Shown here piece by piece: positions 54,671-62,941 of a DNA stretch of 64,000 nt. The notes below the pieces were generated by a model. The model was not told the origin of the DNA and did not search any database. It saw only the letters and a program-made list of their open reading frames with translations. How positions within the stretch are numbered: the stretch's first letter is position 1; each line of letters begins with the position of its first letter. The translations under genes and the position numbers were made by a program. Source of the stretch: Gaiellales bacterium (lineage in GTDB: Bacteria > Actinomycetota > Thermoleophilia > Gaiellales > Gaiellaceae); the NCBI GenBank assembly GCA_046330385.1, contig JAXLSV010000007.1, positions 44,718 to 108,717 on the forward strand, in the 5' to 3' direction.

Positions 54671-56296
54671 CTAGGTCTCGCGCAGCCTCACGAGCTTCAC
54701 CGCGATCTCGAGCATCAGCCAGTCGTCGCGCCGCAGGTCGATCCCGGCGACTTCGGCGATGCGGCGCAGCCGCTGCCGGAGCGTGTTCTGGTGCACGTAG
54801 AGCGCCTCGGCGGTCGCGGTGATGTTCCCGCGACGCTCGAGGAACGCCTCGAGCGTCGGCAGCAGCTGGGTCTGCCGCTCGGCGTCGTACTCGGCGAGCC
54901 GTCTGATCGCCTCGACCGTCGGATCGCGTGACCCCTGGTCCTCGGCAAGCCGCAGGAGATAGCGATAGGCACCGAGCCGGCCGTACTCGACGACAGTTGC
55001 CTGCCGGTCGACTACGCCGGCCCCGGCGAGCGCGTGGCGGGCCTCCTCGAACGCGCCCGGGTAGGCCGAGACGTCGGCGCACGCCCCCGAGAGGCCGATG
55101 CGAGCGGTGGCGCCGCCGAGCGAGCCGGCGATCGCCGCCGTAATCGCGTCCTCCCCGCCGCGACCGAGCGCGACGAGACCCCGGAGCCGGTCGTCGCGTC
55201 GGTCGAGCAGCGCGCCCGGCAACGCGCGGCGTATGGCCTCCTCGGCGCTGTCGTCGATCCCATGCCCGGCGACGACGAGGTGCGGTGCGGCGAGGTCGTA
55301 CCCGAGCCTGGCCGCGCGACCTTCGAGGAGCGCTGGGACACCGCCGCGACCGAGCTCGTCGAGGAAGTCCGACACGAGGTTCCGCTCGGTGAGACGCTCG
55401 ATCAGACGCACCTTCCTGATCCCGGCCGCTAGCTGCCCGGCCAGTGCCCGGGCGAGCTCTTCGCTCGTGCCGCCGACCGCAACCAGCAGCCCGACGAGCT
55501 CGTCCTCGGCGACCAGCGGCACGCTGAGGCGGCCGCGTCGCCGGCGAAGCTCGGAGCCGAGCCCCGCAAGGCCGAGCGTCGGGGGTGCCGTTGCGTTGCG
55601 CGGTGAGGTGACGTGCAGCTGGAGCTCCTCACCGCCGGGCTCGATCAGGTACAGGTGGCATTCGCCCGCGCCGAGCAGCCGGCGCGCGCCGTCGGCCGCC
55701 GCGGGGAGCAGGGCCTCGAGCGTGTCGGCTCCGGCGATCGTCTCGGCGAGCGCGGCGAGCGCTTCGAGCTCGTCGACCCGGCGCCGCGTGCCCTCGTAGA
55801 GCCGGGCGTTCTCGATCGCGCTCGCGACGAGTGATGCGGCCGAGACGAGGAAGTCGACCTCTTCGCGCGAGAACTCGCGCGGGGCGGCGCTGTGCGCCGA
55901 GATCACCCCGATCACGGCTCCGTCCTTCGCGACCAGCGGCACCGAGACCAGCGACTGGAATCGCTCCTCGTCGAGCTCGGGCACGTGCTTGCTGCGCGGA
56001 TCTGCGAGCAGGTTCTCTGCGACGAACGCCGGCTCGCGGTGCTCGACCGCCCAGCCCGCGAGCCCCTCCCCCTTCTCGAGCCTGACCGCGCCGACGATGT
56101 GCTCGAACGGCTCCGAGGCGGCGCGCAGCTGCAGGTGCTCGTCGTCGCCTTCGACCAGGTAGATGAAGCACGCGTGCGCGGCGCTCGCCTCGGTGAGCAG
56201 CCGAACGACAGAGCCGAGCACCTCGTCGAGCTCGAGCGACGACGCGACGGTCTCGATGATCGCCGAGAGGAATGCACCAGGCGTGCGGGTGGTCAC
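54671..56296 (-). CDS. GAF-domain PucR/CdaR-family transcriptional regulator
   Basis: N-terminal GAF (GEGLAGW, SLVSVPL), C-terminal TAEALYVHQNTLRQRLRRI HTH. Confidence 0.85.
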   Translation of the reverse strand: MTTRTPGAFLSAIIETVASSLELDEVLGSVVRLLTEASAAHACFIYLVEGDDEHLQLRAASEPFEHIVGAVRLEKGEGLAGWAVEHREPAFVAENLLADPRSKHVPELDEERFQSLVSVPLVAKDGAVIGVISAHSAAPREFSREEVDFLVSAASLVASAIENARLYEGTRRRVDELEALAALAETIAGADTLEALLPAAADGARRLLGAGECHLYLIEPGGEELQLHVTSPRNATAPPTLGLAGLGSELRRRRGRLSVPLVAEDELVGLLVAVGGTSEELARALAGQLAAGIRKVRLIERLTERNLVSDFLDELGRGGVPALLEGRAARLGYDLAAPHLVVAGHGIDDSAEEAIRRALPGALLDRRDDRLRGLVALGRGGEDAITAAIAGSLGGATARIGLSGACADVSAYPGAFEEARHALAGAGVVDRQATVVEYGRLGAYRYLLRLAEDQGSRDPTVEAIRRLAEYDAERQTQLLPTLEAFLERRGNITATAEALYVHQNTLRQRLRRIAEVAGIDLRRDDWLMLEIAVKLVRLRET

Positions 56297-57534
56297 GAGG
56301 CGGAGGGTACGGCGCGCATCGCGAGCCGTCTACCCAGCACCGCCGCGGCAACGGCGGCGATCGCGAGCGCAACGAGGTTGCAGCCGGCGACGCCGTACCA
56401 CCCGCTCCGCTCCCAGGCGATGCCGGGCAGGTAGGCACCGAACGCACCAACGATGTAGTAGACCGAGAAGAAGAACGCGCTCGCCGCCCCGCGGTTGGAG
56501 CTGGCGACGGCGCCGACACCGAGCATCGACGACGTGTAGCCGGTGAACATCGCGACCGTCACGCACGCGAGCCCGACAATCACGAGCGGGAGGACGTCGG
56601 CAACGGTCGCGGCGATCCCGGTCGCCGACAGCGTGATCCCGGCCACGAGCATGCGATGCCATCCGAGACGCTCTGCGAGCCGTCCGACCATCGGGCCGAT
56701 CGCACCCGTCAGCCAGAGGAAGAACACGAGGCTCGCCGTCTGCAGCCCGAGGTCGAACGGCGGCTCCTGCAACCGGTAGACGACGAACGTGAACGTCCCG
56801 ACGAACGCGAAGAACAGCGCGCTTCCGGTAAGCGTGACGGCGAGCAGCGGGCCGTCGACCAGCCGCCGGAGTGGCCGCTCGCTGCGTACGGGCGATGCTG
56901 CATCGATCAGCCCGGAGCCCATGCGGATCGCTCCAGCCAGCGGGAACAGCACCAGGGCGCCGGTCGCCGCTCTCCAGCCCACGACGCCCGTTGCGAGCGC
57001 GACGCCGACGCGCCCGACGAGCCCACCGAACACGAGTGCGCCGACGTACCAGCCCATCACGCGTTCGCCGAAGTGCGGCACGAGCGTCTCGACGACATAG
57101 GGCGCTCCGACGACGAGCAGCCCCGGCATGCACAGCCCTTGCAGCGCCCGGCAGGTCAGAAGCACGGGAAACGACGGTGCGAGCGCGACCCCTACCGTCG
57201 GCAGGACGAGCAGCCAGCTCGCGAGGCGGATCGCCCGTGGCCGGCCGATCCGGTCGGAGAGCGGTCCCCAGAACCACGCCGCAACGGCGACAGCCGCGAC
57301 GACCGCCGAGACCGTCAGCCCGGCGCGCGAGGGCGAGACGTCGAACTCGGCGGAGAGCTCGGGCAGGATGGCCTGCGTCGAGTACATCGTCGCGAACATC
57401 CCCGCCCCGCCAAGGAGAAACCCAGTGACGCTCGAGGGGGTGCCGCGCGGCTCTGGAGGGGAGGGGCTTGCCCCTCCCGGCCCGGTCTTCACGGCCGCCT
57501 TCGCCCCATCGCCGTCAATGGTGGGCGACGACAC
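56293..57534 (-). CDS. MFS transporter (YnfM-like)
   Basis: MFATMYSTQAILP, LSDRIGR motif A, RALQG, MGWYVG, GGLVGR. Confidence 0.85.
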   Translation of the reverse strand: MSSPTIDGDGAKAAVKTGPGGASPSPPEPRGTPSSVTGFLLGGAGMFATMYSTQAILPELSAEFDVSPSRAGLTVSAVVAAVAVAAWFWGPLSDRIGRPRAIRLASWLLVLPTVGVALAPSFPVLLTCRALQGLCMPGLLVVGAPYVVETLVPHFGERVMGWYVGALVFGGLVGRVGVALATGVVGWRAATGALVLFPLAGAIRMGSGLIDAASPVRSERPLRRLVDGPLLAVTLTGSALFFAFVGTFTFVVYRLQEPPFDLGLQTASLVFFLWLTGAIGPMVGRLAERLGWHRMLVAGITLSATGIAATVADVLPLVIVGLACVTVAMFTGYTSSMLGVGAVASSNRGAASAFFFSVYYIVGAFGAYLPGIAWERSGWYGVAGCNLVALAIAAVAAAVLGRRLAMRAVPSAS

Positions 57535-58672
57535 CGAGGTGCGCCAGGTGGGCGCCCGTCTCGACGATCTCGACGATCTGCGCGATCACGTGACGGAGCT
57601 CGTCGTCGCTCGTGAAGTAGTGCGGGCCCAGGCGAATGCCCGCATCAGGGCGGAAGTCGCAGAGGATCTCGCGCGCCGAGAGCTCCTTGTGGACGGCGGG
57701 GAAGTCGTCGACGTGGACCGTGACCGTGCCGCCACGCCGTGCCTCTTCGCGCGGGCTGCGGATCTCGAGCCCGGCCGCGTCGGCGAGGTCGATCAGCAGC
57801 TGTGTCTGGCGCAGCGAGTTCTCGCGGATCCGCTCGACCCCGATCTCCTCGATCTGGTCGTACCCGGCGGTCGCGGCGTAGTGCGCCGGCACGTTCGGGG
57901 TGCCGGTGAGGAAGCGCGCCGCGCCCGAGGCGTAGCGCATCTCCTCCTCGAACCCGAACGGCTGCTCGTGCGCCTGCCAGCCGGTGAAGGTCGGTGTGAG
58001 TCGCTCTGCGAGGTCGGGGCGGACGTAGAGCCACCCGTTCCCCGGCCCACCGCACAGCCACTTGACCGAGCCGCCGACCGCGAAGTCGACGCCGAGCGCG
58101 GTCACGTCGAAGGGGACGATCCCGGCCGACTGGTAGCAGTCGAGGATCACGTGCGCGCCCACCTCGTGGGCCCGCGCGATGATCGGCTCGATCTCCTGGA
58201 TCACCGCGGTCTTGAAGAGGACGTGGCTGATGGGGACGAGCAGCGTTCGCTCGTCGATCGCGTCGACGATCGCGCCCTCGTCCTCGCACACGACGACCTC
58301 GAGGTCGGGCTGCGACTGAAAGAGGTAGCGCACCGACGGGAAGTTCGCGCGCTCGTAGACGACCCGGTTTCGCCGCGAATCGATCGGGAAGAAGGACGAG
58401 AGCACGACCGCCTCGGCGACCGCGACGTTCTGGTGCATCACGGTCGACCCGGCCGGCGCACCGATGATGCGCCCGACCTGATCGCCCACGACCATCGGCG
58501 TCTCCCACCACCCCTCGCCCCACGAGCGGATCCCGCGCTCACTCCACATCCGCGCGTACTCCGCGAGCCGCTCGCCGGCCTTCCGCGGCATCGCCGCGAG
58601 CGAGTGGTTGATCAGGTACGTCGTGTGCTCGAGGATCGGGAACTCGGAGCGGTAATCCTGAAGGTCGCGCAT
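57515..58672 (-). CDS. Kynureninase-like class V PLP enzyme
   Basis: YLINHSL, RSWGEGWW, NFPS, LDCYQSAG, GGSVKWLCGGPG, GTPNV, RGGTV. Confidence 0.75.
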   Translation of the reverse strand: MRDLQDYRSEFPILEHTTYLINHSLAAMPRKAGERLAEYARMWSERGIRSWGEGWWETPMVVGDQVGRIIGAPAGSTVMHQNVAVAEAVVLSSFFPIDSRRNRVVYERANFPSVRYLFQSQPDLEVVVCEDEGAIVDAIDERTLLVPISHVLFKTAVIQEIEPIIARAHEVGAHVILDCYQSAGIVPFDVTALGVDFAVGGSVKWLCGGPGNGWLYVRPDLAERLTPTFTGWQAHEQPFGFEEEMRYASGAARFLTGTPNVPAHYAATAGYDQIEEIGVERIRENSLRQTQLLIDLADAAGLEIRSPREEARRGGTVTVHVDDFPAVHKELSAREILCDFRPDAGIRLGPHYFTSDDELRHVIAQIVEIVETGAHLAHLGVVAHH

Positions 58673-58677
58673 GCCCG

Positions 58678-59097
58678 TCAGTAGCCGAACCGTGCGTGCG
58701 GGTCGGTCGCCTCGGCCTCAAGCCACGCGCGCACCTCACTCGGCGTCACGCGAACCTGCACCGAGGCATCATCGCCTACACCCGACCACCCCGGCCCGTA
58801 CTTCGCATCGAACGTCGTCTCGTACCCCATAGGAAGCGCCTCCTCGTCGACCTCCGCGGCCGTGCCCGTGAGGATCACGACCTCGCCCGGCGTCTCCGTC
58901 GTCACCACCACCGACGGCTGCACCGCGATGTTGCTGATCTTCACACCGCGGTACGACGTGAACCAGAAGCGCTCGTCGAGCCAGACGCCCCAGATCGGTA
59001 CGAGATGCGGCCGCCCACTCGGCCTCGTCGTCGCGAGCCAGTAGTTGTGCGCGGAGCGAAGCCGCTCGTCAGCCCAGCTTCGGTCAGGCGGAGCCAC
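58678..59097 (-). CDS. Pyridoxamine 5'-phosphate oxidase-like protein
   Basis: NYWLATTRPSGRPHLVPIWGVW; GTG 59097 lies just after a TAAGGT -10, suggesting a leaderless transcript. Confidence 0.75.
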   Translation of the reverse strand: MAPPDRSWADERLRSAHNYWLATTRPSGRPHLVPIWGVWLDERFWFTSYRGVKISNIAVQPSVVVTTETPGEVVILTGTAAEVDEEALPMGYETTFDAKYGPGWSGVGDDASVQVRVTPSEVRAWLEAEATDPHARFGY

Positions 59098-59243
59098 GCG
59101 TCCAACCTTAGCGAGGCCGACTCGAATCCTGCGGGCCCGCCTGGAGAGACCTCTGGCCGCGCGAGACGGAGCGCGACACGGTGCTCGCCACTGCCAAGAA
59201 CGGCGACCTGACCACCGTAGGGCGCGTGAGCCTCGCGGCGCGC

Positions 59244-59273
59244 TACACTCCGAGTGGACTAACTTAGTCCACT
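59244..59273 (+). promoter_or_regulatory. TA operon promoter/operator: -10 TACACT and palindrome AGTGGACTAA-C-TTAGTCCACT
   Basis: Perfect 10-bp arms 6 bp upstream of the antitoxin ATG, the usual position of a type II TA autoregulatory operator. Confidence 0.75.
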
Positions 59274-59279
59274 TCGGAC

Positions 59280-59570
59280 ATGCCAACCCAGGTCAACATC
59301 CACGAGGCGAAGACGCACTTCTCGAAGCTCGTCGAGCGCGCGGCGGCGGGCGAGGAGATCGTGATCGCGAAGGCGGGCGAGCCGCGGGCGCGGCTCGTAC
59401 CGCTCGCGCCCGCACCGCCGCGCCGACGCAAGCCCGGATCGATGAAGGGCAAGATCTGGCTCGCCCCTGACTGGGACAGCCCGGAGGTCAACGAAGCGAT
59501 CGCCGATCTGTTCGAGAAGGGCGACGATCTCATCGGGCGCGAGAGCGTCGAGCCGCGGCGGACGGATTGA
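59280..59570 (+). CDS. Phd/YefM-family antitoxin
   Basis: VNIHEAKTHFSKLVERAAAGEEIVIAKAGEPRARLVP. Confidence 0.9.
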   Translation: MPTQVNIHEAKTHFSKLVERAAAGEEIVIAKAGEPRARLVPLAPAPPRRRKPGSMKGKIWLAPDWDSPEVNEAIADLFEKGDDLIGRESVEPRRTD

Positions 59571-59944
59571 GGCTGCTGCTCGACACGATGGTGTTTCTCT
59601 GGTGGGTCGAAGACTCCCCTCGCCTCGGCCGGAAGGCGCGCAGGGCGATCGGCTCGGGTGATGTGTACGTGAGCGCAGTCACCGGCTTCGAGATCTCGAC
59701 AAAACGTGGCATCGGGAGGCTTCAGTTCGACGACTCCATCGAGAGCCAGGTGGCCGCCAACAGCTTCCGCACACTCGACATAACCCTCGAGCACGCGGTC
59801 AACGCGGGCGACCTCCCTCGCCACCATCGCGACCCGTTCGACAGGCTTCTGATCGCCCAGGCTCAGATCGAAGGCATGGTGATCGCTACGAGCGACGCCG
59901 TCTTCGAGCGCTACGACGTCGAGCTCCTCGCGGCGCCGACGTGA
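59567..59944 (+). CDS. vapC: VapC PIN-domain toxin
   Basis: LLDT, FEI, HHRDPFDRLLIAQA, TSD acidic PIN residues; TTGA overlap with the antitoxin. Confidence 0.9.
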   Translation: MRLLLDTMVFLWWVEDSPRLGRKARRAIGSGDVYVSAVTGFEISTKRGIGRLQFDDSIESQVAANSFRTLDITLEHAVNAGDLPRHHRDPFDRLLIAQAQIEGMVIATSDAVFERYDVELLAAPT

Positions 59945-60393
59945 GCAGCCCACACGTCGACCAGAACGCCGAGGACAACGCCGGCGTCCTCGCGTTCCTG
60001 GCCGCGCGGAACGAGCGCGACCATCCACTCGTCGCGGCGCCAGAGACGTTCGCCAACCCGTACCTGACGCTCGGTAGCCACCCCGACGTCGTCGCACGAG
60101 TGTGGGACGAGCTGGGCGCGGCCTTTCCGCCGCAGGCGCGCTGCGCGGTGTACGGCGGACCGGCACTCGTCGATCCGCGGAACGGTGTCGTCGTTGCTCT
60201 GGCTCTCGGGACGAGCTATGCGCTCGCCGTGCCGCTGCACGAGCACGAGGCCGCACTCGCCGCAGGCCTGAGCGCCGCACACACCTACGGCGGCGGGTCG
60301 ACGATCGCCGTCGAGGCGCGGTTCGGGCCGAGATGGCTGTTCGGCGCCTGGATAGCACAGGAGCTCGAATGGGTCGCCAAAAACTTCGAGTGA
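59941..60393 (+). CDS. Hypothetical protein, 150 aa, coupled to vapC
   Basis: GTGA overlap with the vapC stop and globular-looking composition; no family recognised. Confidence 0.65.
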   Translation: MSSPHVDQNAEDNAGVLAFLAARNERDHPLVAAPETFANPYLTLGSHPDVVARVWDELGAAFPPQARCAVYGGPALVDPRNGVVVALALGTSYALAVPLHEHEAALAAGLSAAHTYGGGSTIAVEARFGPRWLFGAWIAQELEWVAKNFE

Positions 60394-60395
60394 AT

Positions 60396-60441
60396 AAACT
60401 CCATTGAGATAAAGTTTTCACGAATGGAGTTTTGCTAATCT
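60396..60441 (+). promoter_or_regulatory. Inverted repeat AAACTCCATT-N17-AATGGAGTTT and extended -10 TGCTAATCT (leaderless ATPase promoter)
   Basis: Strongly AT-rich 54-bp spacer; the -10 ends 6 nt before ATG 60448 and there is no RBS. Confidence 0.6.
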
Positions 60442-60447
60442 CCCGAG

Positions 60448-61863
60448 ATGACTGCATTCGTCGGCAGAGCGCGCGAGCTGGAGAAGCTCGAGGCCGCACT
60501 GAACGCCGTCCGGGAAACCGGCGGCGCGAGGTTCGTGTCGGTGCGCGGTCGCCGGCAGGTGGGGAAGTCACGGCTCGTCGAGGAGCTCATCGAGCGCAGC
60601 GGCGTCAAGGCCGTGTTCTACGTCGCGTCGCAGCTGCCGGCTGACGCCGAGCTCGAAGCGTTTCGCACGGCGATCGCGGCGTCTCCAACTGCGGCCGCAG
60701 AGGTCGCCGCCGCCGGCCCACTCGGATCGTGGCAAGCGGGGCTCACGCTCCTCGCCAACGAGGCCACCACTGCCGAGCCACTGATCGTCGTCATCGACGA
60801 GCTGCCGTACCTGACCGCCTCGACCCCGTCGATCGAGGGGATTCTCCAGACCGTCTGGGACAGAACGCTCGAGCGCAAGGCCGCGGTGCTGTTGATCACA
60901 ATCGGGTCCGATCTTGCAACGATGGAAGCGCTCGGCACGTACGGCCGACTGCTCTACAACCGAGCCGAGGAGCTCACCGTCGACCCGCTCTCCCCGGCCG
61001 AGACGAGCGAGATGCTGAGCCTCGAAGCCCACGACGCGCTCGACGCGCACCTCGTCCTCGGTGGCTTCCCCCGGCTCATGTCTCGCTGGCAGAAGCGCGA
61101 CACCCTGTGGAGGTTCCTGCGACGAGAGCTCGCCAACCCCGAGTCGCCGCTGCTGGTGATGGGCGAGCGAACGCTCGCTTCCGAGTTCCCCGCCGATCTC
61201 AAGGGCCAGAGCGTGATCCGGGCGATCGGCGCCGGCGAGCGGACGTTCTCCGGGATCCTGCAGCGAACCGACGTCAGCCAGAGCGGGCTCGCCGCGACGC
61301 TCGAGTCGATGAGCAGGGGCAAGCGCGTGGTCGACCGTGCGCTGCCGTACTCGGCGACCCCCCGCCCCAAGCTCGCCCGCTACCTTGTCAGTGACGCATA
61401 CCTGCGCTTCTGGCTCCGCTTCCTCGATCGCAACCTCCCCACCGTGCAACGTGGCCGAGGCGACGTCGTCGTCGTCGAGATCGAAGAACGCTGGCCGGCC
61501 TATCGCGGACAGGCAATCGAGCCCATCGTCCGGAGGGCAATCGAGAGGCTCCTCCCCGACGAGCGCTTCGGACGCGCGATGTTCGTCGGCGGATACTGGA
61601 ACCGCGACAGCAGTATCGAGGTCGACGTCGTTGGCGGACGCGAGGTCGAAGCAGCCACCGAGGTCGACTTCATCGGCTCGATCAAGTGGCGGGAGCGCAG
61701 CGCCTTCGACCGAGCCGATCTCGCCCATTTGAGCGCCCAGCGTGGTGACGTTCCCGGGGCGACCGGCCAGACGCGGCTCGTCGGCATTTCGCGAAGCGGC
61801 TTCGACACGACGGGACTCGACGTTCAGCTGACGCCCGAAGACATTCTCGCCGCCTGGCGCTGA
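60448..61863 (+). CDS. Archaeal-type ATPase (ATPase_2/AAA) with wHTH and C-terminal DUF234-like restriction-endonuclease-fold domain
   Basis: FVGRAREL, GRRQVGKS, VVIDELPY, LGGFP, YLVSDAYLRFW, EVDVVG...GSIKW. Confidence 0.8.
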   Translation: MTAFVGRARELEKLEAALNAVRETGGARFVSVRGRRQVGKSRLVEELIERSGVKAVFYVASQLPADAELEAFRTAIAASPTAAAEVAAAGPLGSWQAGLTLLANEATTAEPLIVVIDELPYLTASTPSIEGILQTVWDRTLERKAAVLLITIGSDLATMEALGTYGRLLYNRAEELTVDPLSPAETSEMLSLEAHDALDAHLVLGGFPRLMSRWQKRDTLWRFLRRELANPESPLLVMGERTLASEFPADLKGQSVIRAIGAGERTFSGILQRTDVSQSGLAATLESMSRGKRVVDRALPYSATPRPKLARYLVSDAYLRFWLRFLDRNLPTVQRGRGDVVVVEIEERWPAYRGQAIEPIVRRAIERLLPDERFGRAMFVGGYWNRDSSIEVDVVGGREVEAATEVDFIGSIKWRERSAFDRADLAHLSAQRGDVPGATGQTRLVGISRSGFDTTGLDVQLTPEDILAAWR

Positions 61864-61883
61864 ACCCTTCACGAGCGCACGTC

Positions 61884-61910
61884 TAGACGCGGGGCTTGCC
61901 CCGCGTCTAC
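61884..61910 (-). repeat. GTAG-type REP-like hairpin, possibly acting as a bidirectional terminator
   Basis: Minus strand GTAG-ACGCGGGGC-AA-GCCCCGCGT-CTA, between convergent genes. Confidence 0.55.
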
Positions 61911-62941
61911 GCGAAGCGCTTCAACAGCCCCAGCGCGCGCTGGTCCCACGGCACCCGGTGGGTGACCCCGGCGCCGCGCATCTCGTCGAGGTGGTCGAGG
62001 TACCAGTCGTAGGTCGAGCACAGCGTCTGCGCGTTCGAGAGCTTCGGCTCCCAGCCGAGCAGCCGGCGGGCGGCGTCGATCGAGACGAACGAGTCCTTGT
62101 GCGCGGTCTTGTAGTGCCACTCCGCGAGCGGTGAGAGGTGCGCGAGCTCGAGCGCGCGCAGCGCGAGCTCTGCCGGCTTCGCCGGCACGGGCCACAGCGT
62201 CGACTCCGAGCCGGCGTGGGCGATCAGCGCCTCGAGATCCTCGCGCACCGTCCCGAACTCGCCTGCGCCGACGTTCAGCGCGAGCCCGGCGACAGGTGCG
62301 TCGAAGCTCCGCACGACCGCGTCGACGAGATCCTCGACCGCGAGCAGCTGGTAGCGATTCGCCCCCGTGCCGAGGATCGGGATCCGCCGACCCTCGCGGA
62401 TCCAGTCGAAGAGGATCTCGAACACCCCGAGCCGCTCGGGCCCGACGAACGTCTTCGGGCGGATGATCACGCTCTGCAGGCCGCGGCGACCGAACTGGCC
62501 GCACAGCTTCTCGGCGTCGATCTTCGACTCGCCGTACCAGCCGACTCCGACGAGCGGGTCGCCCTCGTGGATCGGATGCTGCTCCGGGACGCCGTAGACC
62601 GCGGTCGACGAGATCAGCACCAGGCGGCGCACCCCGGCCTCGAGCGCAGCGCTCATCACGATCGCGGCGCCCTCGACGTTGATCGAGCGGATCGCCTGGC
62701 GCGAAGCCTGGATCGGCAGCGCCGCCGCCGCGTGGACGACGACGTCCGCGCCGGCGACCGCGCGGCGCGCGTCGGCCTCGTTGCGCACGTCGCCGTGGAC
62801 CTCCTCGACCACGGGCTCGAGCCCCGCGTCGTCGAGGGGGACGACGTCGAGCGTCCGTACCTCGTGACCGTCGGCGACGAGCCGCCTCGCGAGATGCAGG
62901 CCGAGAAACCCCGCGCCGCCGGTGATCGCGACCCGGCTCAA
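61907..62941 (-). CDS. NAD-dependent epimerase/dehydratase
   Basis: TGGAGFLG, HAAA, ISSTAVYG, YGESK; TTG 62941. Confidence 0.85.
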   Translation of the reverse strand: MSRVAITGGAGFLGLHLARRLVADGHEVRTLDVVPLDDAGLEPVVEEVHGDVRNEADARRAVAGADVVVHAAAALPIQASRQAIRSINVEGAAIVMSAALEAGVRRLVLISSTAVYGVPEQHPIHEGDPLVGVGWYGESKIDAEKLCGQFGRRGLQSVIIRPKTFVGPERLGVFEILFDWIREGRRIPILGTGANRYQLLAVEDLVDAVVRSFDAPVAGLALNVGAGEFGTVREDLEALIAHAGSESTLWPVPAKPAELALRALELAHLSPLAEWHYKTAHKDSFVSIDAARRLLGWEPKLSNAQTLCSTYDWYLDHLDEMRGAGVTHRVPWDQRALGLLKRFA

